Part shown: positions 19,588-29,303 of the stretch, piece after piece | Position numbering within the stretch: position 1 is the stretch's first letter | Layout: every line of letters begins with the position of its first letter | Assembly: GCA_002506485.1 (NCBI GenBank) | Contig: DAXQ01000076.1 | Location: 1-50,965 of the forward strand | Length of the DNA: 50,965 nucleotides | Direction of reading: 5' to 3' | DNA from: Euryarchaeota archaeon UBA136 | Lineage (GTDB): Archaea > Thermoplasmatota > Poseidoniia > MGIII > CG-Epi1 | Notes under the pieces: generated by a model | Told to the model about the DNA's origin: nothing | Seen by the model: the letters and a program-made list of their open reading frames with translations, nothing else | Databases searched by the model: none | Program-made: the position numbers and the translations under genes

Positions 19588-20229
19588 TTAATTATTGCTT
19601 TTGGAATACTTTAGCAGGATTCCATCACCTAATGTCTGGGCATCATCTAGTTTTAGTCTTAGGATGTCATTTAATTCTAGAGTGCCATCACCCCCAGCAA
19701 TGGTGGGTGTCATTTTCCCACCTATTATCATACTGGAAATAAATATATTGAATTCATCGAATAGTTCATTTTTTAGGAAAGACCACATGACCGTCTCACC
19801 GCCTTCTACCAATACAGATTTTACTCCTTTATTGTTAAGTTCTTTCAGCAGTCTTGGAAGATCGACCTCGTCGGTTCCACATTTTATTATTTCTGCGTTT
19901 TGGATAGGGGTCGGTTCGATCCCTTCACCTATGGCAAGAATTGTTTTACTTTTACCATCAAGTATTTTAGCATTTCTTGGAGTCCTACATTTAGTGTCCA
20001 GCACTATCCTTATTGGATTCTTGGCGGAATTATATTTTGGATTGACGGTTAGTGAGGGGTTGTCTTCAATAATGGTTCCTATACCTACCAATATGGCATC
20101 ATATTTACTTCTAAGAAGATGTACCCTTTCAAAATCTTCATTATTTGACAGTTCCAGTCGCTGTCTATTCGAAAGTGCTATCTTGCCATCTGCTGAGGCG
20201 GCACAATTGAGTATTATTTTCGGTCTCAC
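19588..20229 (-). CDS. 2,5-diamino-6-ribosylamino-pyrimidinone 5'-phosphate reductase (RibD C-terminal/Rib7 type)
   Basis: SADGKI, DAILVGIGT..DNPSLT, PIRIVLD, VLVEGG; GTG start. Confidence 0.9.
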   Translation of the reverse strand: MRPKIILNCAASADGKIALSNRQRLELSNNEDFERVHLLRSKYDAILVGIGTIIEDNPSLTVNPKYNSAKNPIRIVLDTKCRTPRNAKILDGKSKTILAIGEGIEPTPIQNAEIIKCGTDEVDLPRLLKELNNKGVKSVLVEGGETVMWSFLKNELFDEFNIFISSMIIGGKMTPTIAGGDGTLELNDILRLKLDDAQTLGDGILLKYSKSNN

Positions 20230-20286
20230 GTTTTTCTATCGGCGGACTGTTAAAATATAATGGGTATATACTCAAAACTGAGTAGC

Positions 20287-21096
20287 TCAGTATTGTTCTT
20301 CTTCATTGGGAAAATTTCCGGACTTTACATCTTTCACATAGCTTTCCACCGCGTCGTTAATATCCTTATACAAATTAAGATACCTTCGCAAGAACCTTGG
20401 ATTAAATTCATGTGTCATTCCCAGCATGTCATGTAAGACTAGTACCTGTCCATCAACATCGGGACCAGCCCCAATACCTATGATTGGGATTCTTACGGAC
20501 CTGGTTACTTTTTTGGCTAATTTTGCTGGAATTTTTTCTAACACTATAGAGAAACATCCTGTTTTCTCCAGAAGTTTTGCATCCTCCACTAGTTTTTTTG
20601 CTTCAGCATTTTCCTTGGCTCTAACAGTATAAGTTCCAAATTTGTAAATTGACTGAGGCGTTAGACCCAGATGTCCCATGACTGGAATTCCAGCTGTCAG
20701 AATTCTTTCTATGGATTCAATTATCTCAGATCCTCCTTCTAATTTAACAGCATGTGCCCCTGCCTCTTTCATTATTCGTATTGATGATTCTAAGGCTCTT
20801 TGGGAATCTCCCTGATAGGATCCGAAAGGAAGATCAACGACAACTAGTGATCTTTTTACAGCTCTTACAACAGAAGATGCATGATAGATCATATTGTCTA
20901 AAGTAATTGGCAGTGTTGTTTCATGGCCAGCCACTACATTAGATGCGGAGTCTCCAACCAGGATTACATCAATTCCAGCATCATCTACAATTTTAGCTAA
21001 GGTGTAGTCATATGAAGTAAGCATTGAAATCTTTTCATCACGTGCCTTCATTTCTTGCAATACATTGGTTGTAATTCTTTTGTATTCCTGATTCAT
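20287..21096 (-). CDS. panB: 3-methyl-2-oxobutanoate hydroxymethyltransferase
   Basis: [51 protein letters not shown]. Confidence 0.96.
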   Translation of the reverse strand: MNQEYKRITTNVLQEMKARDEKISMLTSYDYTLAKIVDDAGIDVILVGDSASNVVAGHETTLPITLDNMIYHASSVVRAVKRSLVVVDLPFGSYQGDSQRALESSIRIMKEAGAHAVKLEGGSEIIESIERILTAGIPVMGHLGLTPQSIYKFGTYTVRAKENAEAKKLVEDAKLLEKTGCFSIVLEKIPAKLAKKVTRSVRIPIIGIGAGPDVDGQVLVLHDMLGMTHEFNPRFLRRYLNLYKDINDAVESYVKDVKSGNFPNEEEQY

Positions 21097-21187
21097 AAGT
21101 TTGCCTTTTGAGGTGTCTATATTAGGATGGGACTAGTTATTATTTAGTATTTTATTTCTAGTTATCTTTGGTCATGAGACCTAACTC

Positions 21188-21195
21188 TTTTAATA
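21188..21195 (+). promoter_or_regulatory. Probable TATA box of the nuo operon (near-leaderless first gene)
   Basis: TTTTAATA about 22 nt before the nuoA start. Confidence 0.45.
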
Positions 21196-21216
21196 GGGAT
21201 TGACAACAGGGTATTC

Positions 21217-21576
21217 GTGTTGGCACACGAGTATATCCCTATAGGGATTTTTGCACTTATTGCACTCACATTTCCTGTGCTGACCTTCTTTATCGGAAGG
21301 TTCTTTCGGCCTCATAATGACAATGCTCTCAAAAATTCAACTTATGAGTGTGGAGAGGTTCCTAGAGGCGAAGCTCATATTCAGTTTCATTTTCAGTACT
21401 ATATGTTTGCTATACTGTTTGTCATTTTTGATTTAGTAGTAGTTTTTCTAGTCTTGTGGGTTCAAGTATATCTTGATTTGGAGGTATCAGCTAAAGTTGT
21501 AATGTTGTTGTTTCTCCTGCTGACCTTGCTGGGTCTGTGGTACGCTTTTAGAAAAGAGGATGTAATCTGGATATGA
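21217..21576 (+). CDS. nuoA: Complex I-like subunit A
   Basis: YECGE loop, YYMFAILFVIFD, 3 TM. Confidence 0.94.
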   Translation: MLAHEYIPIGIFALIALTFPVLTFFIGRFFRPHNDNALKNSTYECGEVPRGEAHIQFHFQYYMFAILFVIFDLVVVFLVLWVQVYLDLEVSAKVVMLLFLLLTLLGLWYAFRKEDVIWI

Positions 21577-22214
21577 GTTCTAAGAAAGTACGTGGCAATC
21601 CTGGTCTTAGAAGAGGTGTGGGTTCTAAAACAACTGATTTAGACGAAATAATGGAAGACCCTCCTGCAGGAGATTGGCTTACTCTTCGTTCAGATCAACT
21701 GTTAGAATGGATAGATAACGCTGTTTACAATGTTGCTGAAACCACTGGAATGCGCGAAGTCGTCAATCGAGTAACTAGACCTATCTTCAATTATGGGCAA
21801 AGATTCTCTCCTCATCCGCTTCACTTTGGTATAATGTGTTGCGCTATTGAGATGGGTCAGGCCTCTGCACCGGACCATGATATAGACCGACTTGGTCTGG
21901 TTTACCGTTCTTCCCCAAGGCAGTGTGATGTGCTAATTGTCAATGGGCCTGTTTGTGAAAAACTGCGCCCTAAATTGAAGACACTTTATGAGCAAATGCC
22001 GGAACCCAAATGGGTTATTGCAATGGGCGAATGTGCAATATCAGGAGGTCCCTACTGGGATTCCTACTCTGTTGTAGCAGGTGCAGATACATTCATCCCT
22101 GTTGATGTATATATTCCAGGATGTCCGGTTAGACCTGAAGCTTTGATGCATGGTTTTCTGACTTTGCAAAAGAAGATCAGAGAAAAGGAACCAGGCATGT
22201 TCTTGAGACGTTAA
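21573..22214 (+). CDS. nuoB: Complex I-like subunit B (N2 cluster), N-terminally extended
   Basis: [41 protein letters not shown]. Confidence 0.95.
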   Translation: MSSKKVRGNPGLRRGVGSKTTDLDEIMEDPPAGDWLTLRSDQLLEWIDNAVYNVAETTGMREVVNRVTRPIFNYGQRFSPHPLHFGIMCCAIEMGQASAPDHDIDRLGLVYRSSPRQCDVLIVNGPVCEKLRPKLKTLYEQMPEPKWVIAMGECAISGGPYWDSYSVVAGADTFIPVDVYIPGCPVRPEALMHGFLTLQKKIREKEPGMFLRR

Positions 22215-22216
22215 GT

Positions 22217-22696
22217 ATGGAAATCAAGGAGTTAATGCAAGAGTTATCAGCCCTTAAGGGAGTTAGCAACGCTTCAATGATTAGGGATAATGTAGTCAAA
22301 TTGGATATTGATAAGAATTCATCCAAAGAGTTTTTTACCAAATTGAGGGATGACTTTGGCTTTGAACATTGTTCATTGATAACTGCAATCGATAATCAAC
22401 CAGAATTTGAACTGGTTTATCATTTTACATCTGTAAACAAGTCCGTTACTGTTGGATCCACTGACATGTCTGTAATGATGGAGGCACATGTATTTCTTGA
22501 ACGGGATACACCTACCATAGAATCAATATCTGATTTATGGGGTGGTGCTAATTGGCATGAGAGAGAAGCTTTTGATCTGATGGGAATTTACTTTGTAGGC
22601 CATCCAGATTTGCGTCGTGTATTGTTACCAGAAGGTTTTGCTGGTCATCCGTTAAGGAAGGATTACGTGTATGAGATACACGAGGAGGAGTGGTAA
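22217..22696 (+). CDS. nuoC: Complex I-like subunit C
   Basis: [22 protein letters not shown]...GHPLRKD. Confidence 0.95.
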   Translation: MEIKELMQELSALKGVSNASMIRDNVVKLDIDKNSSKEFFTKLRDDFGFEHCSLITAIDNQPEFELVYHFTSVNKSVTVGSTDMSVMMEAHVFLERDTPTIESISDLWGGANWHEREAFDLMGIYFVGHPDLRRVLLPEGFAGHPLRKDYVYEIHEEEW

Positions 22697-23790
22697 TGGC
22701 TGAGATGTGGATTAGTATGGGCCCGCAGCATCCAATGACCCATGGTCTCTGGACATTGAAGGTCAAGGTAGATGGTGAAACAATAACTGATGCAGATCCT
22801 GAATTAGGCTATCTCCACCGTTCAGTCGAGAAAATGGGCGAACGTCGTAAATATTTTATGAATACCACTTTGACGGATCGCCTTTGTTATGCTAGTTCTA
22901 CTACTTGGACACACAACTACGTTCTTACAGTCGAAGAATTAATGAATGTTGAAGTACCTGAAAGAGCAAAATACATACGTACGATTATGCTAGAACTTCA
23001 GAGATTAGCTTCTCATTTAATGTGGGCAGGAGCCTATATGCCTGATTTAGGACATATCACTGGAGCCCTTTATTTCTGGAGAGATCGTGAATTGTTCCTG
23101 AACCTTCTGGAGGTTCCAAGTGGAAGTCGTCTTCTCTACAATTATATTCGAATTGGTGGGGTGAAAAGGGACCTGCCAGATGGTTTTGTTGAAAAAACCG
23201 AGAGGGTCTTCAAACTATTTGAAAAACGACTGGATGAATATGCTGATCTTTTTGAAAATTCTAAGATTTTTCGCATGCGCACTGAGGATGTTGGTAATTT
23301 CACTGCAGCGCAGGCCCAGAATCTTGGAATAACTGGCCCCAATATGAGAGGATGTGGGACCAAATTTGATTTGAGAAAAAATGACCCCTATGAGATTTAT
23401 GAAGAAATAGACTGGGCTATTCAAACAAGAGAGGCAGGGCCTGGCTATAGTGATTGTTTCAGCCGATATATGGTTCGTATAGATGAGATGAAGGAATCAA
23501 TTCGGATAATTCGTGATTGTTTCAAAAAGATGCCCAAGGGACCAACCTTGGCCTCAGCTATTCCTGTTCGGGCTCAGGGAGAAGCTTTCCGTAGAACAGA
23601 GGATTCTAGGGGAGAGGCTCTGATGTATGTGGTTGGTGACGGAACAGATCGTCCCTATCGGTGGAAAATCAAAAGCCCGATGTTTACCACAATTTCAGCC
23701 TGCCCTCACTATCTCAAAGGGTACAAGCTTGCAGATATTCCCGCAATCATGGGTAGTATTGATATTTGTATAGGAGAGACTGACAAATGA
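22696..23790 (+). CDS. nuoD: Complex I-like subunit D (quinone-binding)
   Basis: GPQHPMTHG, GYLHR, DRLCY, ELQRLASHL, GSIDICIGETDK; start set at the ATG in TAATG after a GAGGAGG SD. Confidence 0.95.
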   Translation: MAEMWISMGPQHPMTHGLWTLKVKVDGETITDADPELGYLHRSVEKMGERRKYFMNTTLTDRLCYASSTTWTHNYVLTVEELMNVEVPERAKYIRTIMLELQRLASHLMWAGAYMPDLGHITGALYFWRDRELFLNLLEVPSGSRLLYNYIRIGGVKRDLPDGFVEKTERVFKLFEKRLDEYADLFENSKIFRMRTEDVGNFTAAQAQNLGITGPNMRGCGTKFDLRKNDPYEIYEEIDWAIQTREAGPGYSDCFSRYMVRIDEMKESIRIIRDCFKKMPKGPTLASAIPVRAQGEAFRRTEDSRGEALMYVVGDGTDRPYRWKIKSPMFTTISACPHYLKGYKLADIPAIMGSIDICIGETDK

Positions 23791-25016
23791 CCTTATTCGA
23801 TGCATGTAGAATTATGGCTGAATGGACAGTAAAGGTTCTCATACCGGTCTTTGAGTTTCAAGAAGGTCTTTTTCCTCCTTTCAGTAATCCTGCAGGTTGG
23901 GTCGCGGATTGGTTAGCAACAGAGGGGGGGCTGGATACAATGGCATGGTTTTATGCAGTCAACATCGCTTTTATGATAGGAATGACCAATCTGATTCTGG
24001 TTATCCATCTAGAGAGAAAAGTTGCTGCTAGAATTCAAGATCGTAGAGGCCCAATGCTATCTTTTAGATCTCTTCGTGAGTTAGGCGAGGACTTATCTGG
24101 TCAGGCACCTTCCTGGAAATTTAAGAAGAATTATAGTGGTATAGGGATTTTACAGAATCTAGCTGATGGAATCAAGGCCATTACCAAGGAATTAATTGTT
24201 CCGGCCAAGGCAGATAAATTTCTATTCACTATGGGGCCTATCATATTCATATCTTCATCTGTGTTTTTATTGGCTCTATTTCCTCTGTCAGATAGATTCG
24301 CAGCCTCTTCGGCACCGGCTGGCTTGATGGTGATTATGGCCGCTTTTTCCATAGCACCAATAGGGGTTTTGACCTCAGGTTGGGCGTCCAATAACAAATA
24401 TTCCATGATTGGAGGCATGCGTTCCGCGGCTCAGTTAATGTCGTATGAGATTCCTTTGCTTTTGAGCATGGCGGGTGTGTTTCTGTTAGCAGGGTCCTTT
24501 GATCCGGTTGTAATTGTGGAACAGCAACAAGCCTCTACCTGGTTTTTTGGTTTACCAATGTGGAATTTTATTCCCCAATTCATTGGTTTTGCTGTTTTCA
24601 TGATTTGTATCTTAGCTGAAGTTGAGCGCGTTCCATTCGATTTGCCGGAAGCCGAAGCTGAATTGGTTGAAGGCTGGACAACAGAGTATAGTGGAATTCG
24701 ATATATGTTGTTCCTAGCCGCAGAATATATCAGAGGATTTGCAGGTGCCGCGGTTGCGACTATCTTGTTTTTAGGTGGCTGGGCAGGTCCTTGGCCAGTA
24801 CCTCCCGAAATCTGGTTTTTGCTTAAGGTATATCTAATTCTTTTATTTTGGATTTTTATCCGCTGGTCAGTGCCCCGCATAAGAACCGACCAGATTCTTG
24901 TTCTGGGCTGGAAAAAGTTGCTACCTTTGTCTCTGATAAATCTCCTTATCGTTATATTTATGGTTGAGATTTACCCATATTTCACAGAGATAGTTAATCT
25001 TCCGGAGGTATTCTGA
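23787..25016 (+). CDS. nuoH: Complex I-like subunit H
   Basis: ERKVAARIQDRRGP, GWASNNKYS..GG.R..AQ..SYE, PFDLPEAEAELV.G..TEYSG, PRIRTDQ. Confidence 0.95.
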   Translation: MTLFDACRIMAEWTVKVLIPVFEFQEGLFPPFSNPAGWVADWLATEGGLDTMAWFYAVNIAFMIGMTNLILVIHLERKVAARIQDRRGPMLSFRSLRELGEDLSGQAPSWKFKKNYSGIGILQNLADGIKAITKELIVPAKADKFLFTMGPIIFISSSVFLLALFPLSDRFAASSAPAGLMVIMAAFSIAPIGVLTSGWASNNKYSMIGGMRSAAQLMSYEIPLLLSMAGVFLLAGSFDPVVIVEQQQASTWFFGLPMWNFIPQFIGFAVFMICILAEVERVPFDLPEAEAELVEGWTTEYSGIRYMLFLAAEYIRGFAGAAVATILFLGGWAGPWPVPPEIWFLLKVYLILLFWIFIRWSVPRIRTDQILVLGWKKLLPLSLINLLIVIFMVEIYPYFTEIVNLPEVF

Positions 25017-25792
25017 TGAGTGAAAAAAGTGAACTAGGAATTATGGATATTTTCGTTAATCCAATGAAAGTAACGATGAAGCAATTTTTCAAATCAACAT
25101 TTGGAAAACCAACCACAGTAATGTATCCTTTGGAAAGAAGGGATCCACCACCAACCTACAGAGGAATGAATGCCGTAATCTGGGATCTTTGTATTGGTTG
25201 TGGGATCTGTGCCGAGGTCTGCCCTAACAGATGTTTGAAGATGAAGCCTGTTGAATTATCGGACGATGAACAAGACAGGGCGTGGTACGGTTCACATCTG
25301 GCCAAACGGAAGCATAAACCCGAAAGGCCTGCAATAAATTTCGGCCACTGTATGTTTTGTGGATTCTGTGAGGATTATTGTCCGACCGGTGCTATGACCA
25401 TGACGGATTTTTACGAATTGGCAGATACTAATCGTGAAGGATTGATTTATCCTGCCCGGTCAATGAAAGTCGACCTCGAAGATCTTCCTCAACTTCCCCT
25501 TACGAATTATATGATGGAATCTCCCGTACTGGATGTTGATCCCTGTATTGGATGTAGTAAATGTGTGGACAATTGCCCTACCAATTGTATTATCATGGAT
25601 GTAGGGCCTCAGGATAAGACGCTTAAAAGTGGCAAGGTCCGGAATGTGGAAAATCCATATTTTGACTATACTATTTGTATTGGCTGTTCGACCTGTGTCA
25701 AGGTTTGTCCAGCAGATTGCCTGCATATGGAACCAATAAGCAACTCAAGTTCAAGTGGACTGACTACTGAGGAATCCCCGACCGAGGCCTGA
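25016..25792 (+). CDS. nuoI: Complex I-like subunit I with a second 2x[4Fe-4S] ferredoxin domain
   Basis: TVMYP; four CxxCxxCxxxCP motifs. Confidence 0.92.
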   Translation: MSEKSELGIMDIFVNPMKVTMKQFFKSTFGKPTTVMYPLERRDPPPTYRGMNAVIWDLCIGCGICAEVCPNRCLKMKPVELSDDEQDRAWYGSHLAKRKHKPERPAINFGHCMFCGFCEDYCPTGAMTMTDFYELADTNREGLIYPARSMKVDLEDLPQLPLTNYMMESPVLDVDPCIGCSKCVDNCPTNCIIMDVGPQDKTLKSGKVRNVENPYFDYTICIGCSTCVKVCPADCLHMEPISNSSSSGLTTEESPTEA

Positions 25793-25796
25793 TAGT

Positions 25797-26060
25797 TTGG
25801 ATTTAGCGATTCTCATTTTCTGGGGTCTGGCGAGTTTAATCCTAGCTTCAGCCTGGGCCGTTGTAAATGGGAATGATATTGTTCATGCCGTTGTCTGGTT
25901 GGCAACTGTTTTCTTGTTGACAGCATGCCTATTCATTTTGGCCGACGCTGAATTCTTGGCAGTTATCCAGGTCTTGGTCTATGTGGGTGCTATTTCCGTG
26001 GTCATAATATTTGGAATCATGCTCACTAAGAGAACTCTAAAAGGTGGTGAAGATGTCTAG
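25797..26060 (+). CDS. nuoJ: Complex I-like subunit J, N-terminal half (J1)
   Basis: AEFLAVIQVLVYVGAISV...GIML; 3 TM; TTG start. Confidence 0.9.
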   Translation: MDLAILIFWGLASLILASAWAVVNGNDIVHAVVWLATVFLLTACLFILADAEFLAVIQVLVYVGAISVVIIFGIMLTKRTLKGGEDV

Positions 26061-26826
26061 TCGGACTATTATCTGGGTGAGGGATGCCTTAGTGATTACC
26101 TTATCGCTTTATATCGTTTTCTCAATTGCCATGGCTCCTTGGAATAATTTGAAGTCTGAGGAACCCTTGTCTATGACCTGTGAAACGGGGTGTGCTCCTG
26201 TGATAAATTACCCAGAGGATGGTTACTATCACCACAAGGATTCAATTGTGTTCGAATGGAATTCAGTCTCGGTGGGGTATCGATTTACAGTTCTAAATAG
26301 TACGGGACATGTCTTCCATGATGAAAATCTTACTGGTATTGCATCATCTACAACCAATAGATTGCCAGTCGGTGATTATACCTCATTCGTTTATTACAAG
26401 GGTATAGTCGGCTCTTTACTGGGAGATAATGAATTTCTTCTTAGTGATGAGGATCATTCTCTGGCTTCTTCTTCAAAAATTACTGTGGTCTGGGCCCCAG
26501 TTGGGATTACTTATGGAATTGAGATTCGAGAGCACAAAGCAACAGAGATACGGATTGTTCATCAAGCCGAGGACTTGGCTCAGACATCATATGAGTTCCA
26601 GGATTTTGATAATGGTAAAACTTATTCTTGGTCTGTCTATGCCGTTGATTCCATGGGTTTTGTCTCGGAGTCGTCCAATGCAAGGGAATTGAATATAGAT
26701 ACAACCAAATTTTTAGCTTATGAACTGTTCAATAATTGGGAGGTTCCTTTCATACTGTTGGGAATCTTGATGGTTGTTGCGTTACAGGCAGGCGTTTTCC
26801 TTGCCAGGGAGGAAACTAATGATTGA
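26053..26826 (+). CDS. nuoJ: Complex I-like subunit J, C-terminal half (J2), with a large inserted beta-rich external domain
   Basis: N-terminal TM, about 190-aa soluble insert, then LAYELFNNWEVPF..LGILMVVALQAGVFLAREE resembling the last TM of NuoJ; position between J1 and K; GGTGGTGA SD. Confidence 0.8.
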   Translation: MSSRTIIWVRDALVITLSLYIVFSIAMAPWNNLKSEEPLSMTCETGCAPVINYPEDGYYHHKDSIVFEWNSVSVGYRFTVLNSTGHVFHDENLTGIASSTTNRLPVGDYTSFVYYKGIVGSLLGDNEFLLSDEDHSLASSSKITVVWAPVGITYGIEIREHKATEIRIVHQAEDLAQTSYEFQDFDNGKTYSWSVYAVDSMGFVSESSNARELNIDTTKFLAYELFNNWEVPFILLGILMVVALQAGVFLAREETND

Positions 26827-27121
26827 TCCAATTCATTTTGTGGTATTTTCTTCAATTCTGATGTTGATCGGGGCTTATGGTGTGATTCGCAACAAGAATG
26901 CAATAGTGGTCCTTATGTCTATTGAAATAATGTTGACCGCAGCAAACATCAATTTTGTTGCATTCTCCAGTTATTATCATGATCTAACTGGCCAGGTAGC
27001 GGTACTGTTTGTTACAACCATAGCCGCGGCAGAAGTGGCAATAGGTTTGGCAATACTTTTGAGCCTTTTCAAACAGAGAGACACCATAGAACTTGATTTG
27101 TTGAATACGTTGAGGTGGTAG
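26819..27121 (+). CDS. nuoK: Complex I-like subunit K
   Basis: LMSIEIML.AANINFVAFS, IAAAEVAIGLA, LRW end; start MIDP after GGAGG. Confidence 0.94.
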   Translation: MIDPIHFVVFSSILMLIGAYGVIRNKNAIVVLMSIEIMLTAANINFVAFSSYYHDLTGQVAVLFVTTIAAAEVAIGLAILLSLFKQRDTIELDLLNTLRW

Positions 27122-27122
27122 A

Positions 27123-29303
27123 TTGAGCGAAAAAGACCCCGACACATCAAATATGGACTTATTGGTAACTATCTTTGGCAGTCTGGCTTTGGCACTAGGG
27201 TTACTATTTTTCTTGGTTCAGGAGGAGGATACTAGTCCAGTCAATGTTGCCTGGTTAATCCCTGTCTTTTCGATTGTTTCATTTGTTCTTATCTTGCTTT
27301 TGGGAAGTTATGATCCCAGAAGAGGCGGTTCAATAGCTGTGATAGGTGTTGGTTTTTCCTCTGTATTTTCATTGGGGGTTGCCTATGATGTCCTGATTAA
27401 TGATGTTACCCGTGGGGGATATATTGAGTCTACGAGAATCTGGTTTGGAGGCCAAACATTCGCGTTTGAATTTGGTACTTACATAGATGGTCTAGCTGGT
27501 TTGCTTCTGTTAGTCGTTGGTTTCGTTTCCTATTTGGTAGTTGTATTTTCTCTAGGGTATATGGTGAAAGAGGGTGACCGCCAAGTAAGATATTTTGCAG
27601 AGATAGCTCTATTTGTGGGCGTGATGTTAGGTTTAGTAGTTGCCAATTCATTTTTATTGATGTTTATATTTTGGGAACTAGTCGGCGTCTGTTCCTATTT
27701 ATTAATTGGATTTTGGTATGAAAAACCATCAGCGGCTTCAGCTGCGAAGAAGGCATTTATCGTTACAAGAGTGGGCGATGTATTTCTGCTTCTTGGCCTT
27801 GTAATCTTATTCAATACTTTTGGTACTCTGAGATATTCGGAGTTGTTCAGTAACCCTGAGCTTCTATCCGAAAATGCTGAGGCAGTAAAGTGGGCGACTT
27901 TGTGTATATTTGGTGGTGCCGTAGGCAAGTCGGCACAATTTCCATTGCATGTTTGGCTTCCAGATGCGATGGAAGGTCCTACTACCGTTTCAGCACTTAT
28001 TCATGCGGCAACTATGGTGAAGGCTGGCGTTTTCCTAGTTGCTCGATCATATCCTCTGATTGTTCACAGTCCTGATACTGCGATATATATTGCTGTTACG
28101 GGAGGTGTTACAGCATTCATAGCTGCTAGTATGGCTATGGTGATGTATGATATCAAGAGAGTTCTGGCCTATTCAACGATTTCTCAATTAGGGTACATGT
28201 TCCTTGGATTGGGTGCGGGTGCTTGGGCTGTCTGGCATGCAACCGAAAATGGGCTGGAAGTCCATGCGCAGGGTTACACTGCTGGTTTATTCCATTTGAT
28301 GAATCATGCGTTTTTCAAGGCATTACTATTCTTGGGTTCAGGTGCAGTGATACATGCAGTCCATACACAGGATATGAGAGAGATGGGAGGATTACGCAAG
28401 GCTATGCCAATCACTTCTACAGCTATGGGTCTTGGTGTCTTGTCTATTGCAGGATTACCTTTCTTTTCTGGATTCTGGTCAAAAGATGAAATTCTTGAGG
28501 CAGTTCACCATAATTGGGATGCTGAAGGGATTTTTGGGGCTTTGTGGTGGTTGGGATTGCTTACTGCAGCTATGACGGCTTTCTATATGACTAGATTGTG
28601 GATGATGACCTTCAGTGGCCCTCCTTCCCATGAGGTAGAAGAGGTAATTCCTTCTGACGATCATTCGGATTCAGGCAATTGGGAGATACTCAAGAAAGAA
28701 GTCAAGATACAGGCACATGAGGCTCCACGGGTCATGACCATACCTCTGATGATTTTAGCCTTTTTAGCTGTCTTTTCAGGATTCGTGGTCTTTCTTGGAG
28801 ATGGTTTTGGTTCGGTGGTCTTCTATGGCGCACATCATTCTTCAGAGGGACCTATTCAATGGGGTCTTCTTGATCATATTTTATTATCGACCTTAACTCA
28901 CTTATCGGTCCTTGTGGGTCTTACAGGAGTAATTCTTGGTTATCTCTTCTACAAGAGAGGGGACGATGGCCAGACTCCATTCTCGACGGCTTTCGTATCT
29001 GATAGCGTTGTCACAAGCAATTTGCATACATTCTTGTCAAATCGCATGTACATGGCGAGATTATTTGATTGGTTTGGTATGAGAACTTGGGATACCTTGG
29101 CCATGGTCTGTGACTGGTTTGATCGTAAGATTATTGACGGGATTGTCAATGGAATTGCTTCCATTACACAAATCTTAAGTGGAGAGGTGAGAAAGTTGAC
29201 TTCAGGTTTTACGGGACATTATGCCTCTCTTACTATAGGTGGCCTTGGTGCTTTGGTAGTAGTTACCCGTGTGGTATTTCCATTGATGGGGTGGTCGTTA
29301 TGA
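27123..29303 (+). CDS. nuoL: Complex I-like subunit L
   Basis: FWELVGVCSYLLIGFW, GKSAQFPLHVWLPDAMEGPTTVSALIHAATMV, LAYSTISQLG, HAFFKALLF, IDGIVN. Confidence 0.95.
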   Translation: MSEKDPDTSNMDLLVTIFGSLALALGLLFFLVQEEDTSPVNVAWLIPVFSIVSFVLILLLGSYDPRRGGSIAVIGVGFSSVFSLGVAYDVLINDVTRGGYIESTRIWFGGQTFAFEFGTYIDGLAGLLLLVVGFVSYLVVVFSLGYMVKEGDRQVRYFAEIALFVGVMLGLVVANSFLLMFIFWELVGVCSYLLIGFWYEKPSAASAAKKAFIVTRVGDVFLLLGLVILFNTFGTLRYSELFSNPELLSENAEAVKWATLCIFGGAVGKSAQFPLHVWLPDAMEGPTTVSALIHAATMVKAGVFLVARSYPLIVHSPDTAIYIAVTGGVTAFIAASMAMVMYDIKRVLAYSTISQLGYMFLGLGAGAWAVWHATENGLEVHAQGYTAGLFHLMNHAFFKALLFLGSGAVIHAVHTQDMREMGGLRKAMPITSTAMGLGVLSIAGLPFFSGFWSKDEILEAVHHNWDAEGIFGALWWLGLLTAAMTAFYMTRLWMMTFSGPPSHEVEEVIPSDDHSDSGNWEILKKEVKIQAHEAPRVMTIPLMILAFLAVFSGFVVFLGDGFGSVVFYGAHHSSEGPIQWGLLDHILLSTLTHLSVLVGLTGVILGYLFYKRGDDGQTPFSTAFVSDSVVTSNLHTFLSNRMYMARLFDWFGMRTWDTLAMVCDWFDRKIIDGIVNGIASITQILSGEVRKLTSGFTGHYASLTIGGLGALVVVTRVVFPLMGWSL

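Noticed and set aside
19595..20260. 221-aa plus-strand ORF
   Set aside because: Antisense shadow of the well-supported RibD-C reductase; no motifs
22696..23790. Possible group 4 [NiFe]-hydrogenase large subunit
   Set aside because: Lacks both CxxC Ni-binding motifs; retains the quinone-site His (HPMTHG) and Tyr (RLCY) of NuoD
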